This document shows, piece after piece, positions 1 to 13,117 of a DNA stretch of 64,000 nucleotides; within the stretch, counting starts at the first letter, position 1, and every line of letters starts with the position of its first letter. This DNA comes from the human T2T-CHM13v2.0 reference genome, Homo sapiens: the NCBI RefSeq assembly GCF_009914755.1, contig NC_060926.1. The stretch is one strand, 5' to 3'. Made by a program: the position numbers and the translations under genes. The notes beneath the pieces are model-generated. The model saw only the letters and a program-made list of their open reading frames with translations. It was not told the DNA's origin and did no database searches.

Positions 1-68
1 TCCTGCTGGATATTAGAGAATGACTGGTTGAGAATATTCAGATGGTGACCTAATCATACCGGCACCAT

Positions 69-230
69 TTTTACTGACAGATTGCTAAGTGCCAGGCAGC
101 ATGCTAACCTCCCTAGGTACCTTAGCTCATTTGATTCTTGCAATCACCTTGTGAGGTAAGTACTGTGACTTTATAGGTGAGGAAATGGAGGCAAAGGAAA
201 GTTGAGGAACTTGCCCAAGGTCATATGGCT
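69..230 (-). mobile_element. MIR SINE fragment
   Basis: MIR core-like 'gaggaaatggaggc...aacttgcccaaggtcat'. Confidence 0.7.
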
Positions 231-904
231 CAGCAGCGGCGGCTGCATAGAAGCACAGGACCCTGTTTTCAATATGCTTGCCTGTCTTGTCCAGGGTGCT
301 TCTACACAGTGCTGCACAGGCAGCTCCTAAAGCTGCGTGCAGCAGGAGCACAAAGAAAACCCCAAGTAATTCTTCCGAGGGTCTCTGCCGCCACCTCCTT
401 AGTTTACTTCAGGAAGACCTCTGCCAAGTTCAGTGTGAAATTAACAAATTTAATGTGAAAAACTGGTTTAGAAGTGAAATGGATTGTGGACTACTGGGTA
501 TAAATAAAACTAGAAAGAACTTTGCAGAATCATTTATACGTTGACATTTATTGCAAATCATCAGGAGAGTGGTGTATCAAACTGTCATTCCTAAGTTTAA
601 TTGACCAGGGAATATGTTTTTTTTTCCCCTTAGGAGTATCTTAGGGGCTAGAGTTCCAAGAACACTCTTCAGAAATTGCTGAACTGTGCAGATATACCCA
701 CTGACCTATAAAGATGCCTTGGGCATTCCTCTTTCTATTCCTTTGCCCACCCCACTTTCTCCATCTGGAATCCATCCTCTGTCTGTCCATAGATCCGTCC
801 ATCCATCCAGTAAACATCTACTGTGTTCCAGGCACTATACAAGGTGCTTTCTCCTAAGTCATCTTGTTAATTTTTGCCACAGCCCCATTCCATAGATAAA
901 GAGG

Positions 905-1286
905 TGATAGAGACAGGAGACAGACAAGGGTCCCTGGCGAAAACCCACCTAAAACCTAAAACAATCCTGAAGGCTGAAAAACCGGACTGCTGGTCCTGGA
1001 TGAAGTCCACCCTTTCCTGATTGGTTCTGTCTGAATAATGCGCACCAAAGGAAGCAGGTGGAGCAGGGAGGAGGAGTCTGGCCTCTTCAGTTCCTATGTA
1101 GTGGCCTGGGATTCAGTCTGCAAGGTGCGGGCCTGCTAGCAGGACTCTCTCGCTTTGCTGAGAGTTCCTCTTTCCTTTTTCCTTTTTCACCCAATAAACC
1201 CTTCCTCGCATCTCACCCTACAATGTGTCCGTGAGCCTAAATTTTCCGAGTAGTGTGAAAAGAACCTGTTTTTTTTTCCTGCAACA
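905..1286 (+). mobile_element. ERV1 solo LTR (MER61-like) inserted into a MIR
   Basis: TG...CA termini, 4-bp TSD GAGG (901-904 and 1287-1290), AATAAA near 1193. MIR-like sequence resumes on both sides. Confidence 0.8.
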
Positions 1287-1624
1287 GAGGCAACATATCA
1301 GCAGACCACAAAGCTGGACAGTGAAAGGGCTGGGATTAGAATCCAAATTTCCCAATCCGGATTCCAGATTTTTTTTTCTTCTATTCTTCAGTTTTTTGTC
1401 CTGTAGTTGCTTATTCATATTTTCTCAATTTGTCAAAATCCTAACTCAAACTTCGTTTCCTTCAGAAATTCATGTTTCCCTTTCTTCCTATGTGCTATGC
1501 ACAGAGAAACTTCTCCGTCTTCTAAACCCCCTCCAGACCATCTCTATCCAGATTTGGCACCCACTTCATCAGGTTCCCGGTTAAGAAGTGAGTGTGTGTG
1601 TGTGGGTGTCTTGGATCTCCAGTG

Positions 1625-1835
1625 GTGTGTAAGCCAAGCACTTGGCACACATCATCTTTACTTGACACATCAGCCTTGTGGGAGAGGTACCATTACACTC
1701 ATTTTGTAGATGACAGAACTGATGCACGACGAGGTTCAGGCACTTGCCCAACATCACCAAGCAAGTCAGTGATGAAGCTAGGATTTGAGCCTCAGTCTTC
1801 TGGCCCCAGAATCCACATTCCTTCCACTATTCTAT
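1625..1835 (-). mobile_element. MIR SINE
   Basis: 'cattttgtagatgacagaactga...cacttgcccaacatcac...ggatttgagcctcagtc' resembles the MIR core. Confidence 0.7.
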
Positions 1836-2446
1836 GCTGAACCCCTTGTTGAGCCCCTAGTTTCATAGCTGAGAAACTGAGGCCCATGGAAGGACAGTGG
1901 CTAGCCCCGAATCCCACAGCTGTGAATAGCCGTGCTAATACCACGTGCAAAGGCTCACATCCGGGAACCTTTCTTCTCCAGCAGGCTGCCTCCCCAGGTC
2001 TAATGCAGGTCCCAGCTATTGCTGCCAGTTGGTTCCTGTTACCTGGATGCCATGGAAATTGTACCTTGTAGCTCTTGATACAGCAGGAGCCTGGTGGCTG
2101 CTCCCTGGGGGAGAGCCAAGGAAGGTCAGAGTACTAGCCTGCAAACCCAGCACCTAAAATATACCAGGCAGCAACCCCAGTGGAAACCAGGCAGCAAGCC
2201 AAGAGCATGACATAACCTTCCCACAGCTCAGGGCTGGAGTCGGCTTCCAGCTCCAAGGTTCCCTGGGTACAGCGCCTAACAGAGCACACGTGCACTTCAG
2301 GGCTGCGACTTCTTCCTTTTATTTTAAAGAAAATGAGTTTCTTTTACTCTGGTTCTAGAATTGAGGGCTGGCAGGAATTGAGGGAGCTAAGAGCCAGGAG
2401 ACCCTTGGACCATGGTGGGGAAGGGGCAAGGAATAGGCTTCAGATT

Positions 2447-2615
2447 GCTGGTTTCCCAATTTGAATGTTCATCTGGACACTGGAAGAGCTTTCAAAAGTG
2501 ATCCAGGTTTCATTCCAGACCTACAGAATCAGAATCCCTGGGGACAGGGCCTGGGAATCGGTATTTGAACATGTTCTCCAGGTGAGTCTCTTCTGGTTCA
2601 GGTTTGTGAACTACC
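2447..2615. mobile_element. MER5-like hAT-Charlie DNA transposon fossil
   Basis: 'ccagacctacagaatcagaatccctgggg...gggcctgggaatcggtatttgaacatgttctccaggtga'. Confidence 0.65.
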
Positions 2616-4206
2616 TTCCCAAATATGCCTCTTCATGGCTATCTCCATTTGCTGGTAGTCCACCAGATCTCCATCTCCCATCCTCAACTCACACTTAGTA
2701 CACTTTTTTTTTCACCTGTGAAATTTAAATTCTATATTGTCCATTTCCATAGCTTTGAGGGTTGGTGTGATAACAGCACTTAATGGGGGTTTCTGTTATT
2801 TTTTTTTTAAAACAGCAGATTTTAGGTTTTCTCTTTAAATGGAAGTTTAGGAGGGGTCTGTTCTGACAGAGGAATAAGTTCCCTGAGAATTCACTTTTGA
2901 AAAATTTGGTTGTTTTAGAAGTCTGTCTCTGAGGCCCTTAGTATCCAAAGGAGTCCGTGAAAGTCAGAGGTTGCCATGGGAATGGCAGCTGCCAGGAGAC
3001 AGGCTATTGTGTTTAGATTCTTGTATTAATAACACCCTCCCCAGCAGCCAGAAATACCTGTTGAAAGAGGAGAGGTTCTTTTCTTCTTATTCAAGAAGAG
3101 TTTGGAAAGTTACTTTCCTCTGCCTTGAAGAGGGTCAGGGGTTTGTGGTTAGGTGTACAAGTGACTGTTTTTTCTCCTCTTGCCCAAGGTGAAGCAAGAG
3201 AACTCAGTTGGAACCTTGGATCCTCCTAGCTGATCAGAAGACTAGAGAGGAAAAACAAACTTAGATGACTCCTCCTCCAGCATATCTAAGGGGGACAAAA
3301 GCCATACTGGCCATGGGGAGACCCTGGATGAGTGTTGATACCAAGCTGACCTGAATTCCAGGCTCAAGTTGTAGATGTGTGTTCTCCCCTGGGGAGGAGT
3401 TACTTACAAGGATTCTGGGGAGGTTGTTAGCAGCCTACTTTCCACTTCAGTGGAAAGAGCATTGGATTCCATGCATCTCCTAGCTGCATGACAGGGAAAG
3501 AAAAGGAAAAAGAGGAGAGGACTAGTTTTAGTTGAATATTATACGTACCACAAGTTAGATGTTGTGTTAGGTGCAGGGAAATAAAAATCACTAAGGCAGA
3601 ATTTGTACTTGCAAGGAGTTCTCTGTCTCGAGGCAAGCATGGAATCAGAAATGGCAAGTGGTAGTCATTTTGTTTGCTGACTGGATTGCTGTGATGAGTG
3701 TTTTCTGCGGGGAGGAAGGGATGGATGTCATTTGGTATGTCTGGATCTAAATAAACAATACCATGATTTCCACTGCTCAGGAGAGTTGTGTGTGGTGCCC
3801 TGTGGATGGTGCAGGTGAGACGTCCAAAGACAGCATCGCTCACACTGCTCAGGACGGATGAGGTACTGAAGGAGGCCAGATTGGAGGAGCCAGCCTGGGC
3901 AGGGCTGTGGCTGTTTCAGGGCAAGGTAAGGGGTCCTTCTGTGAACTCAGAGAAGTTTCCTGTTTTGTGTCCTTTCCCAAAGCCCTGGTATAGTGCCGGC
4001 CATTAGGAACATTATAAAGTGCACCCAGTTTTTCTTGGTGGAAGTTCCCCTTTTTGTGTCCTTTACCCTTTTAAAAATATGTCTTCCCTTGTTTCTCCTT
4101 ATCCTTGATCACGTCCCTTTTTTCAGGGAGAGAAATTGTCAAAAAATTTATACTACTAAGAGTAATTTAAACCACCCTAGAAAGGCTTCTATTTAAAAGA
4201 AAGAGC

Positions 4207-4345
4207 CATGAGGTGATGGATATGTTAATTAGCTTGATTTAATGACTCCACATTGTATTAATAAATCATAACACTACTTTGTGCCCATAAATAGATACAA
4301 TTACAAATTGTCAATTTGCAATAAAATAAAAATAAATAAAAATGA
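4207..4345 (+). mobile_element. L1 (L1MA-type) 3' end
   Basis: 'gaggtgatggatatgttaattagcttgattt...' with an A-rich tail. Approximate TSD aaaag(a/g)aagagc on both flanks. Confidence 0.8.
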
Positions 4346-4438
4346 AAAAAGGAAGAGCTGAGAGAACAATGCTTAACTCCAAACAGTTAACGCTGGGGAT
4401 CTAGACCACATGTACCTAACTGGGGAGATTCTTTAGGC

Positions 4439-4759
4439 CAGGGGTTGGAAAACTCTTACTGTAAATGGCTAGATAACAAATACATTCAGCTTTGTGGGTG
4501 ATGCAGTCTCTATTGCAACTAGTCAGCTCTGTTGCTGTTCTTCAAAAGCAGCCACAGAAAATACCAATAAGTGAATGGGAGTGGTTGTGTTCCAATAAAC
4601 CTTTATTTATAGATACCAAAATTAGAATTTCATGTATTTCATGTGTCATAAAATATTATTTTTCTTTGCATTTTTTCCAGCCATTAAAAATGTGAAAAGG
4701 ATTCTTAGCTCACGGACTGTACAAAAACAGAATTCTATGGGCCAGTTTGCTAACCTTTG
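4439..4759 (+). mobile_element. MER58B-like hAT DNA transposon
   Basis: TIR-like ends caggggttggaaaact ... agtttgctaacctttg with typical MER58 internal sequence. Confidence 0.75.
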
Positions 4760-4859
4760 CCTTCCTATCACCTCTCCTATCACATTCTAAGATGAGCGGT
4801 GCTGTGGGATGAGGTCACTCTGCCTAGAGATTCTTTTGTATGGCCTAGTAGTTTATCTA

Positions 4860-5171
4860 CTTTTTTTTTTTGAGATGGGGTCTTGCTCTGTCATCCAGGC
4901 TGGAGTGCCATGAGTGGTGTGATCTTGGTTCAGTGCAGCCTCTTCTTCCCAGGTTCAAGTGATTCTCCCACCTTAGCCTCCCTAGTGGCTGGGATTACAG
5001 GCACCCAGCATCATGCCCAGCTACTTTTTTTTTGTTGTTGTTTTGTGTTTTTGTAGAGACAGGGTTTCACCATGTTGGCCAGGCTGGTCTTGAACCCCTG
5101 ACCTCAGGTGATCCACCTCCCTCGGCCTCCCAAACTGCTGGGATTACAGGCGTGAGCCACCGTGCCCGGCC
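4860..5171 (-). mobile_element. Alu (AluS-type), full length
   Basis: Poly-T, then gagatggggtcttgctctg ... gtgagccaccgtgcccggcc. Confidence 0.95.
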
Positions 5172-6934
5172 TATCCATTTCTTTAGTCAAATGCTTACTG
5201 AGGACCTACTGTGTGTTAGGGGCTGCTCCAGGTACTGGGAATTCAGAAATGAATGAGGCAAGTGCCTGCCCTCAAGTAACTTACGTTCCCCTGGCCATGG
5301 CAGGAAGATTTAAGGAGTGGAGACAAGATTTGGGTTTTGGTCTCAGTCTTTGCTTCCTTGGACTTGGGTCTCTTTTAGAGACTGGTTGTTCTTGGTGGCT
5401 AGGCTGATTTGCATCATTTGCTGTGGATCCTGAACACAGGTCCCGTAGTTATCAGCTGCAGGAGAGCTATGTGACTTGCTTGGAACCAATGCCCTGGGAT
5501 AACTTTAGTGTTCTGAATTTCCAACTAAAACTGCAGCCAAAAAATAAAAATGAGTAAAATAGCATAAAACCCAAGACCTTTAGGGCTCAGTGTATTCTGG
5601 CACAGCGTTCCAGTGGGATTCTGGGATGGTTTTCAAGAGCCGTGGCTTCTCTTGACTTTCCCATGGCCTATTCCAAGACAACCACTGATCTGCAGATGTT
5701 CCCCGAGGACTGGGGCATGGCAGAGACCCATTGCAACAGCAGCTACTGCTGCTGCCAGGGCCAGAGGTCAGTGCTCATGTGGTCTCTGGCAACGGCAGTC
5801 CTCCTCCAGCTCCTACCCATTCCCAGGCAGGTGATAGAGAAGCCCTGTGAATTCCTCCTTTGAGACCAACAGGTCCCTCTGTGATGTAGGGAAACAGATG
5901 TGGCTGCATTGAGGTAGAAGAGGGGCTCTCCAGTGAGTAGGAAATTGCTCCCAGCCCATGGGCCTCATGATTTACAGGGCATCTGCTCCACATTTGTTCC
6001 CTTTGTTGTGTGCTACAGAGATGTGGGGCTGAGGGTGGGGTGGGGAATGGAGCCTGGAGGAAAGAGGACAGAAAGATGAGGGAGGTGGTATGGTTCCTGC
6101 TTCCAGGTTCTGGAAAGTCTGGCGAGGTGGAAATTACATGAAGTAGTTAGGACATCCTACGGAGCAACACTTTTGTTCTCCTTTAAAATTCAAACTTGCC
6201 TAATCACCAATGAACCAGGTGATCTTGTTGTCCTCCAAGTTCCTTGTGTAGACAATGAGAAATTTCATTACCTGATCACCTGATTGCAAAGGTTTTTTTT
6301 CTGCTGTCAGAGTCTAAAGTTTGAAGCATCCTGCCTTCTTTTCCTAGGGTCTCCCATCTTTTCCATATCCATCTCATCTCTCTTCTTCTACTTCTGCCTC
6401 TTCCACTGTGATCTGGCTTAGAGATGCTCAGCATCTGCCCAGAGCTCATGTAGGGGCGGCAACCCAGGCCAGGTTCTCAGGGAATGTGGACAGACAGTGT
6501 GGAGATGTGGAGGGAGAGGGGGATGTGCCCTTGGCCAGCTGGGTTTCATTGGAAGCCTCCTGTATGTGGCACCTTGCTCCTAGCCAGATTTCCTTCAGCC
6601 ACTCTTAACATGTATTTTTAGGGCTTATTCATAAATATCACGTTTCACATGCATTCATTCAGCAAACATTTGTTGAGTGCCTACCACACACCAAACACAA
6701 TGGTGGGGATAAAAAAGTGGGTGAAATAGACCCAGAATATTGGTCCTATTTCATGCCTCCAAGGTCACTCCACTCTCTTATTTTGTGGTTGAAGATTCTG
6801 AGGCTCAAAGTGGGACAGTGACTTATCTAAGGTGACATCATTAAGGGCAGAGCCAAGACAGGAACACAAGACCTTTCAAGCTAGGTGAGACCAGACAGCC
6901 AAAAGTGTATTTCCATACATAGATTTAGCAGTTA

Positions 6935-7893
6935 AAATGTACACAGTATGTCTATGTCCATCTCCATGGTAACAGGAGGCAGGCATGGTTATTATTATTC
7001 ACATAATTATGAAGAGCCTCCACGTGGTTATTCATTTTTCAGATGGAGAAACTGAGGTTCACAAGGTTAAGCATTTGAATAAAAGTCACATGGCTGGAGG
7101 CAGCAAAACTGGGATAAGGACTTTGGTCTTCTGACTCCCAATCACCTGTAACACGGATCTCCTCACCTGTACCAGCCACTTCTCATAGAAGAGCCTTCTC
7201 TCTCCTCTATGGCTCCCTTGTGGCCTGTGGTCAAAGATGACTGAGAAGATACCCCAGGCCATCTCGGTAGTATGCTGCAGTACCATCAGGATACAGGAAA
7301 GAGGCAGAAACTCAGAGACCATTAGGAGAGGGCCAACAGAAACAAACCAGGAAAGATTGGCTGACATAGAAAGAGGTGAGGGGTACTGGAGAAATGGGAG
7401 AAGAAAGCAGCATAAGACTGGTCTGGTAAGAAAGAATGGAGCTTTGTAATAATTTTGACACCCTTCAACATAAAAATGGACACACCTAGTGTGGACCAAA
7501 ACTAGCTGTCATGGTAAGGGAGGTGTTGATACACACAACGCGACTTGGACCACTGATGGGCAAGGGAGTTATAAATCCCATCTGTGATTTGATTAGGGCT
7601 GGCGATCCACAGTGTTTGACTGCCTGACATCATCCTTGAATTCCTTAAATTCCAATCAGACTTCTGATTGGATTCCTCCTCACTAACCCCTGGGCCACTG
7701 GAAATAAGAAATAGTAGCCTTGTGGCCGGCTCCTACAATTTCCTAGAATTCCCTGAGGTTCCCCCATGAACCTCAGTTTCTTCATCTGATAATTGAATAA
7801 CCACGTGGAGGCTCTTTATAATTATGTGACGAATAATAATCATGCCTGCCTCCTGTTACCATGGAGATGGAGATGGACATACTCTGTACATTT
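6935..7893. repeat. Inverted repeat, 127-bp arms (6935-7061 and 7767-7893), ~705-bp spacer
   Basis: Manual alignment is ungapped with about 10 mismatches in 127 nt (~92%). Confidence 0.93.
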
Positions 7894-8069
7894 CTCTGCA
7901 TTGAGGAGAGTTGTTAAAAGAGAAGAAAACAACCTCAGTCTCTCTTGATTGTCTTTTAAATGATCTCTTTCAGTCTTAGGGGGATCCCTTTGGTGTCAGA
8001 CCTCCTAGAATTGACTCTACTATTATAACCCATCCATTAAATCATTGGGTTTTTTTGATCAATTTTATT

Positions 8070-8071
<2 letters not shown>

Positions 8072-8102
<31 letters not shown>

Positions 8103-8298
8103 AGACAGGGTCTCACTCTGTTGCCTAGGCTGGAGTGGAGTGGCACAATCACCGCTCACTGTAGCCTTGACCTCCTGGGCTTAAGCCATCCTCTGCCTCA
8201 ACACCCTGAGTGGCTGAGACTACAGGCACATGCTACCATGCCAGCTAATTTATTTTTAATTTTTTGTAGAGATGGGATCTTGCTCTGTTGACCAGACT
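8072..8298 (-). mobile_element. AluJ-type, 5'-truncated, with long pure T tract
   Basis: T~30, then gagacagggtctcactctg with J-type 'agccttgacctcctgggct'; ends inside the left arm. Confidence 0.9.
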
Positions 8299-8904
8299 TG
8301 CTTTTTGATTCAATTTTCTATCAATAAATCAGTGACTATGTAATGAACAGCTTCTATGCAGCCCTTCTTAGATGAGCTGCTTTGGGGGATACAGAAGGAA
8401 CATACTTTAAAGACTTTTAAAGTAGCTTATGAACCCCTTGGAGCAAGACTAATGTCACAGCTAAATGTAATTACTCACTTATTTGCTTGTTAGACCACTG
8501 GGGCTCTGGAAATTTATCATCATCCTGTTGGTGGCTCTGTGCTATGTAGAGAGATTATGACTTATTCACCCATTTGACAAATATTTATTGAACACATACT
8601 GTCTGCTAGGTATGGTAATGAAATAGTGGTTCAAGTATTCATGGCTTCTAACCTCAGAGGGCCCATGTTTAGTGAAGGGAGAGAGGTAGCAGTCACTAAC
8701 AGAATAAGTCATTTATGAGACACATCAGGAAGGGTGCAAGGAGTATGAGTAACACAATGACATTCAGGGTGGTGGGGACCCGGGGTATGTAGGTAGGGTG
8801 GGAAAGGAAGGCCCTAAAGTGGGCTGGGGCCTGAAGTTTGACAATGACCAGCCATGGGGGATGTCAGCTTATGGGTGAGGGAGACAGAATATTCTAGAGA
8901 GAAG

Positions 8905-9410
8905 ACAAAACTACCCCAAAATTTAGGGGCTTAGAACAAAAAGGTATTATTATTATTATTTCCCACAGACCTGTGGATTGATTGGCCTCTGCTGGGTGTC
9001 AATTCCCACCGGAGTCTCTCACGCAGCGGTAGTCAGACAGCTGCTGGGGCTGGAGTCATCAGAAGGCTGGACTTGGCTGAATGGATATTCAAGATAGTCC
9101 CTTCACTCCCTTGCCTGGCCTTTGGGTTAGGCTGGCTGGAATAGGTGGAGGTTGCTATCAACGCTCTCTCTCCATGTAGCTTCTCCACATGGCTAGTTTG
9201 GGCTTTCTAATGGCATGGAGGGCTCGGGATGGTTGAATTTCTTCTGTGGAGCCTGGCTTTGTCCAGAGTGAGCAAGGAAGAGGAAACCACTTGTCTTTTT
9301 AAAGACTAGACCTAGGCTGGGCTAGTATCACTTCTGCAGTATCCTGTTGATCAAGGAAGTCACAGTCCAGACTGTAGGACATGGAGAATTAGACTCTCCT
9401 TCTCAAAGGG
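8905..9410 (-). mobile_element. Old MaLR LTR (MLT1-type)
   Basis: 'ctaccccaaaatttaggggcttagaacaa...tttcccacag...ctggggctggagtcatc...tcacttctgcagtatcctgttgatcaa'. Confidence 0.6.
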
Positions 9411-9606
9411 AAAATGGCTGGTGTCATCAAGGAGGGAAGGGATGGTGACCATCTTGGAGACAAGCTAAGGCTTTGAGATCAAAAAGGCTTGGTGTGTCAG
9501 AGGACCAGAAAGCCAGCCAGTGCTGCTGGAGCACAGGAAGGTGGCACAAGATGAGGCAGGAAGGATGGGCAGAGTGGTGTCCTCATAGGTAAATTGTGGT
9601 AGGGAA

Positions 9607-9922
9607 TTTTTATTATTTATTTATTATTATTATTACTTTGAAATGGGGTCTCTCTCTGTCACCCAGGCTGGAGTGCAGTGGCACAATCATGGCTCACGGC
9701 AGCCTCGACCTCCCTGGGTTCAAGTGATCCTCTCACCTCAGCCTCCCGGGTAGCTGGGACTACCAGTGCACGCCACCACACGTGGCTAATTTTTCTAGCT
9801 TTTGTAGAGATGGGGTCTTCCTGTGTTGCCCAGGCTCATCTCAAACTCTTGGCCTCAAGCAATCAGCCTCCCTTGGCCTCCAAAAGTGCTGGGATTACAG
9901 GTGTGAGTCACCATACCTGGCT
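9607..9922 (-). mobile_element. AluJ
   Basis: (TTA)n tail, two-arm Alu body, J-type diagnostics. Confidence 0.93.
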
Positions 9923-11243
9923 AGATTTTTTTTGTTTTTTAAGTCGCACAAAAGCCTTAGGTTTCCTTCTTTCCAAGGGCTGACAGCCATAAGGAGTCTT
10001 CTTTCTTTCTGTTCCAGTCCATCTTCACTTGCTGCCCATAAGTTATCCTAGAGCCTGGGCTCCAGTGCTGGTCACATGCTCTCTAGCCTCCCACCCCTTC
10101 AGTGAGTTTCCGTTGCTTCCAGAACCAGGCACAGATTGCCCAGCCTGGTTTCAAGAGCACTCTACCAAGTTGTGCACTTACACATTTTTTGTCACATTTT
10201 TGCCCAACCTGTCAAATTGGATCCCTTGCTCCTCCTCATCCCCCCACCAAAAGGTGCCATTTTCTCCCTGCCTCCATACCGGGTCACATCAGTCACTTGC
10301 CCTCCTATGGCCCCGTCTCCCCTTGTCTAAATCCTGCCCTTCCTTCACAACTTCTCCAATGTCACTTCCTTAAACTGAGCGAGCCCCCTGCGGCTCAGAA
10401 ACCTAGTTCTTCCGGATTCAAAGCAGAGCTGATGCTTCGGAAGGTGCAGTCACATCTGTATGTGTCTTACTCTCACTTTCACAGGTCTCCTCCCCATTGA
10501 CTCTAGGTCTTCAAGGACAGAAAGCATGCCAGCCTTGCTTATTCTGCCCCATGGTTCCATGCCTCACACACAGCAATCTTTCAGTCGATGTCTCTCAAAT
10601 TCAGCAGTGGTTTCTCTGGGCCACCAGCCTCCAATTGTCTCTTTCTTTTCCCATGGCAAATTGCAGCATTCAGCTCCCAGCAACTCCTGATTTGTGGCCC
10701 CAAGGTTCCTGGCAGGTCTCTCCCGCAGGACCATGGAGCTGCCGTTCCCAGACGGCCAAGCCTGCACAGACCAGAGCCAGGTCCCAGGGAGATGGAGCGC
10801 TTCTGGTTCTGCAGACTTCCGTGGCTCCTCTCTCTCCAGCTGCCTTGCACTTGTTTTCCTTGGCAGGAGGAAGCCCTCAGTCACCACTTCATCTTCCATT
10901 TATAGGCATATATGCATCTTTGTTATTCTTTTCATAAAATGACAGTGTTCTCAGCTCAGAAAAGAAGAAAAGAGGGTTGAGGACCATGCAAAGCAAAGAA
11001 TGCATTTTATACAAGGCCTCCAGCTTCCTGCAATACTTCTGTCCATATTGGAGAATGGAGGGCATTTTTCCTGCCTCTACTGCCTTCTCATCTGTGACTT
11101 AGCCAGTCCCACTAACTTCTCGCACTTCGCTGATGGGCTACTATGGGCTCCCCGGCATGAGTCATTGTCTATACCATCCTTCAGTCCTTCATCTGATGCT
11201 AGAATATTCTGAGGTCCAGAGTTAAGTTTTGTGAGCTCAGATG

Positions 11244-11607
11244 TGTTGTTTTTGTTGTTGTTCGGTTTGTTTGTTTGTTTGGTTTTTCGTGCTTTTTTCT
11301 TTTCTTTTCTTTTCTTTTTTGGTTGTTGTTGGAGACAGGGTCTCTCAGTCACAGGCTGGAGTGCAGTGGCAGGGTCTTGGCTCAATGCAACCTCAACTTC
11401 CCAAGCTCAAGGATCCTCTCACCTCAGCCTCCCAAGTAGCTAGGACTATAGGCATGCACCACTATGCCTGGCTAATTTTTATTTTTTTGTATTTTTGTAC
11501 AGATAAGGGTCTCATTATGTCTGGCCTTGAACTCTTGGGCTCAAGTGATCCTCCTGCCTCTGCCTCCCAAAGTGCTGGGATTACAGGCGTGAGCCAGCAC
11601 GCTTGGC
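11244..11607 (-). mobile_element. AluJ with long degenerate T-rich tail
   Basis: Alu body ~11331-11607; tail of (TTG/TTTG/TTTTC)n. Confidence 0.92.
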
Positions 11608-11664
11608 TGAGAGCTCTAATTTGTCCATTGGTCAAGCTATACCTGAATGCAAAAAGGAAGAATA

Positions 11665-11915
11665 ACAACAGTAAACATATTTGTGGTGCTCTTTATATTA
11701 GCCAGTGTTTTAAGGAGTCTATAAATAGTAAGTCATGTAATCCTCACAGTAACTCTATGAAGTTGTACAACGATTATCCCCATTTTACAGATGCAGGAAC
11801 TGAGGTAAAGAGAGGTTACCTCATCTTCCCTTGGTCACACCAATAGTCAGTGGCAGAGCTGGGATGTGAGTCCAGGAAGGCTTGCTTCAGAGTCTGCATC
11901 CCTGACTTCTGGCCA
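11665..11915 (-). mobile_element. MIR SINE
   Basis: 'attatccccattttacagatgcaggaactgagg...ggtcacac...gtggcagagctgggat'. Confidence 0.8.
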
Positions 11916-12666
11916 TGCTGCCTTAATTGGTCATCAAACTGAGACGTTTAACCTAGCAGGGTCACTTAGTCCTTCTTATATACCCAAGTGTGCTGGAAAA
12001 GAGTGTGTCTGAGGGTTGTAGGCAAGAGCCTGCACAGGTTTGAACTAATTCTTGGCACAGGTAAATCAATTTGATTCATATTCTGACTTTCCCACAGATT
12101 TATGATTCTTAATTTAGCATTTTGCACCTATTTGGAAGGATAGATCAGCACAGGGATTTATTGGTGTATCCAAGAGCAACCTGCTTCTTTTGGCTCCAGT
12201 CCATATCCTGGGAATTCACTAACTAATGAATTCATTTTCTTCTCTCCTTCCTTCATTCATCAAACTGTGATCCCATGCCTAGTGTGTGCAAAGCACCATA
12301 TGGCACAAGGACAGGTGGAGAAAAAGAACACTAAATGAAACAGATATCATCTCTGCCTTCAGGCTGTGGGTGTGTGTGCACATGCATATACTCACAAGGA
12401 AACCTGAGACTCTAACTGTAACTGTCTGCATATTCTTTCGGGTCATCTTTTAGTATTCTCTGGAGTGCCGTATGTGCTGCATTTCACTGGTTTCCCGGAG
12501 TCTAGAATGCCCACATACACACATTTTCATAAGGAAGCCCATCGGAGCACAGATGCTCATACAGGCCAGTGGCTCTTCCAGCTGTCCAAACTGGATAGCC
12601 TAGTGACGGTAGAGTCCTGCCCCGGACTCTGCATGGGACTTTGTTCAGCTGAGTTAAGGTGCAGAC

Positions 12667-13117
12667 TGGATTAGTTTCCCAGGGCTGCTGGGCAAATTAT
12701 CACAGACTTGCTGGTTTAAAACAACAGAAATTTATTCTCTTAGTTCTGAAGGCCAGTGGCCAGTGGTTTGAAATCAAGATGTTTGCAGGATTGGTTCCTT
12801 CGGGAAGACTCTGAGGGCAACTCTCTTCCATGCCTCTCTCCTAGCTTCTGGGGCTGCTGGGAGCCTTTGACTGGTAGATGAATCACTCCAATCTGTGCTT
12901 CATCTTCACACGAACTTCTCTCTGTGTCTCAAATCTCTGTTGGCCTTTCTCTCAATGATCAGTCATTGGGTTTAGGGTACACCCTAAATCCTGGGAGCTA
13001 TCATCTTGATCCTTAATTATCTGCAAATACCCTATTTTCAAATAAGGTCACATTCATAGGTTCTGGGCTTTAGGATGTGGGCGTATCATTTTTAGGGCCA
13101 CTATTCAGCCTACTGCA
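12667..13117 (-). mobile_element. MaLR solo LTR (MLT1B/C-like)
   Basis: 5-bp TSD CAGAC (12662-12666 and 13118-13122); 'ttaaaacaacagaaatttattctc' motif. Confidence 0.85.

Noticed and set aside
6025-6045. Canonical G-quadruplex motif (also ~35691-35711 and C-rich 57928-57958)
   Set aside because: Such motifs are very common genome-wide and no contextual link to a feature is evident.
10029-10942. Dense stack of overlapping ORFs on both strands
   Set aside because: Stop-poor, CT-rich noncoding sequence; no coherent protein and no consistent splice signals.
11241-11846. 201-aa ORF, and similar ORFs at 5032, 8055, 9678, 19538 and 54550
   Set aside because: Translations of antisense Alu, low-complexity tail and MIR sequence.
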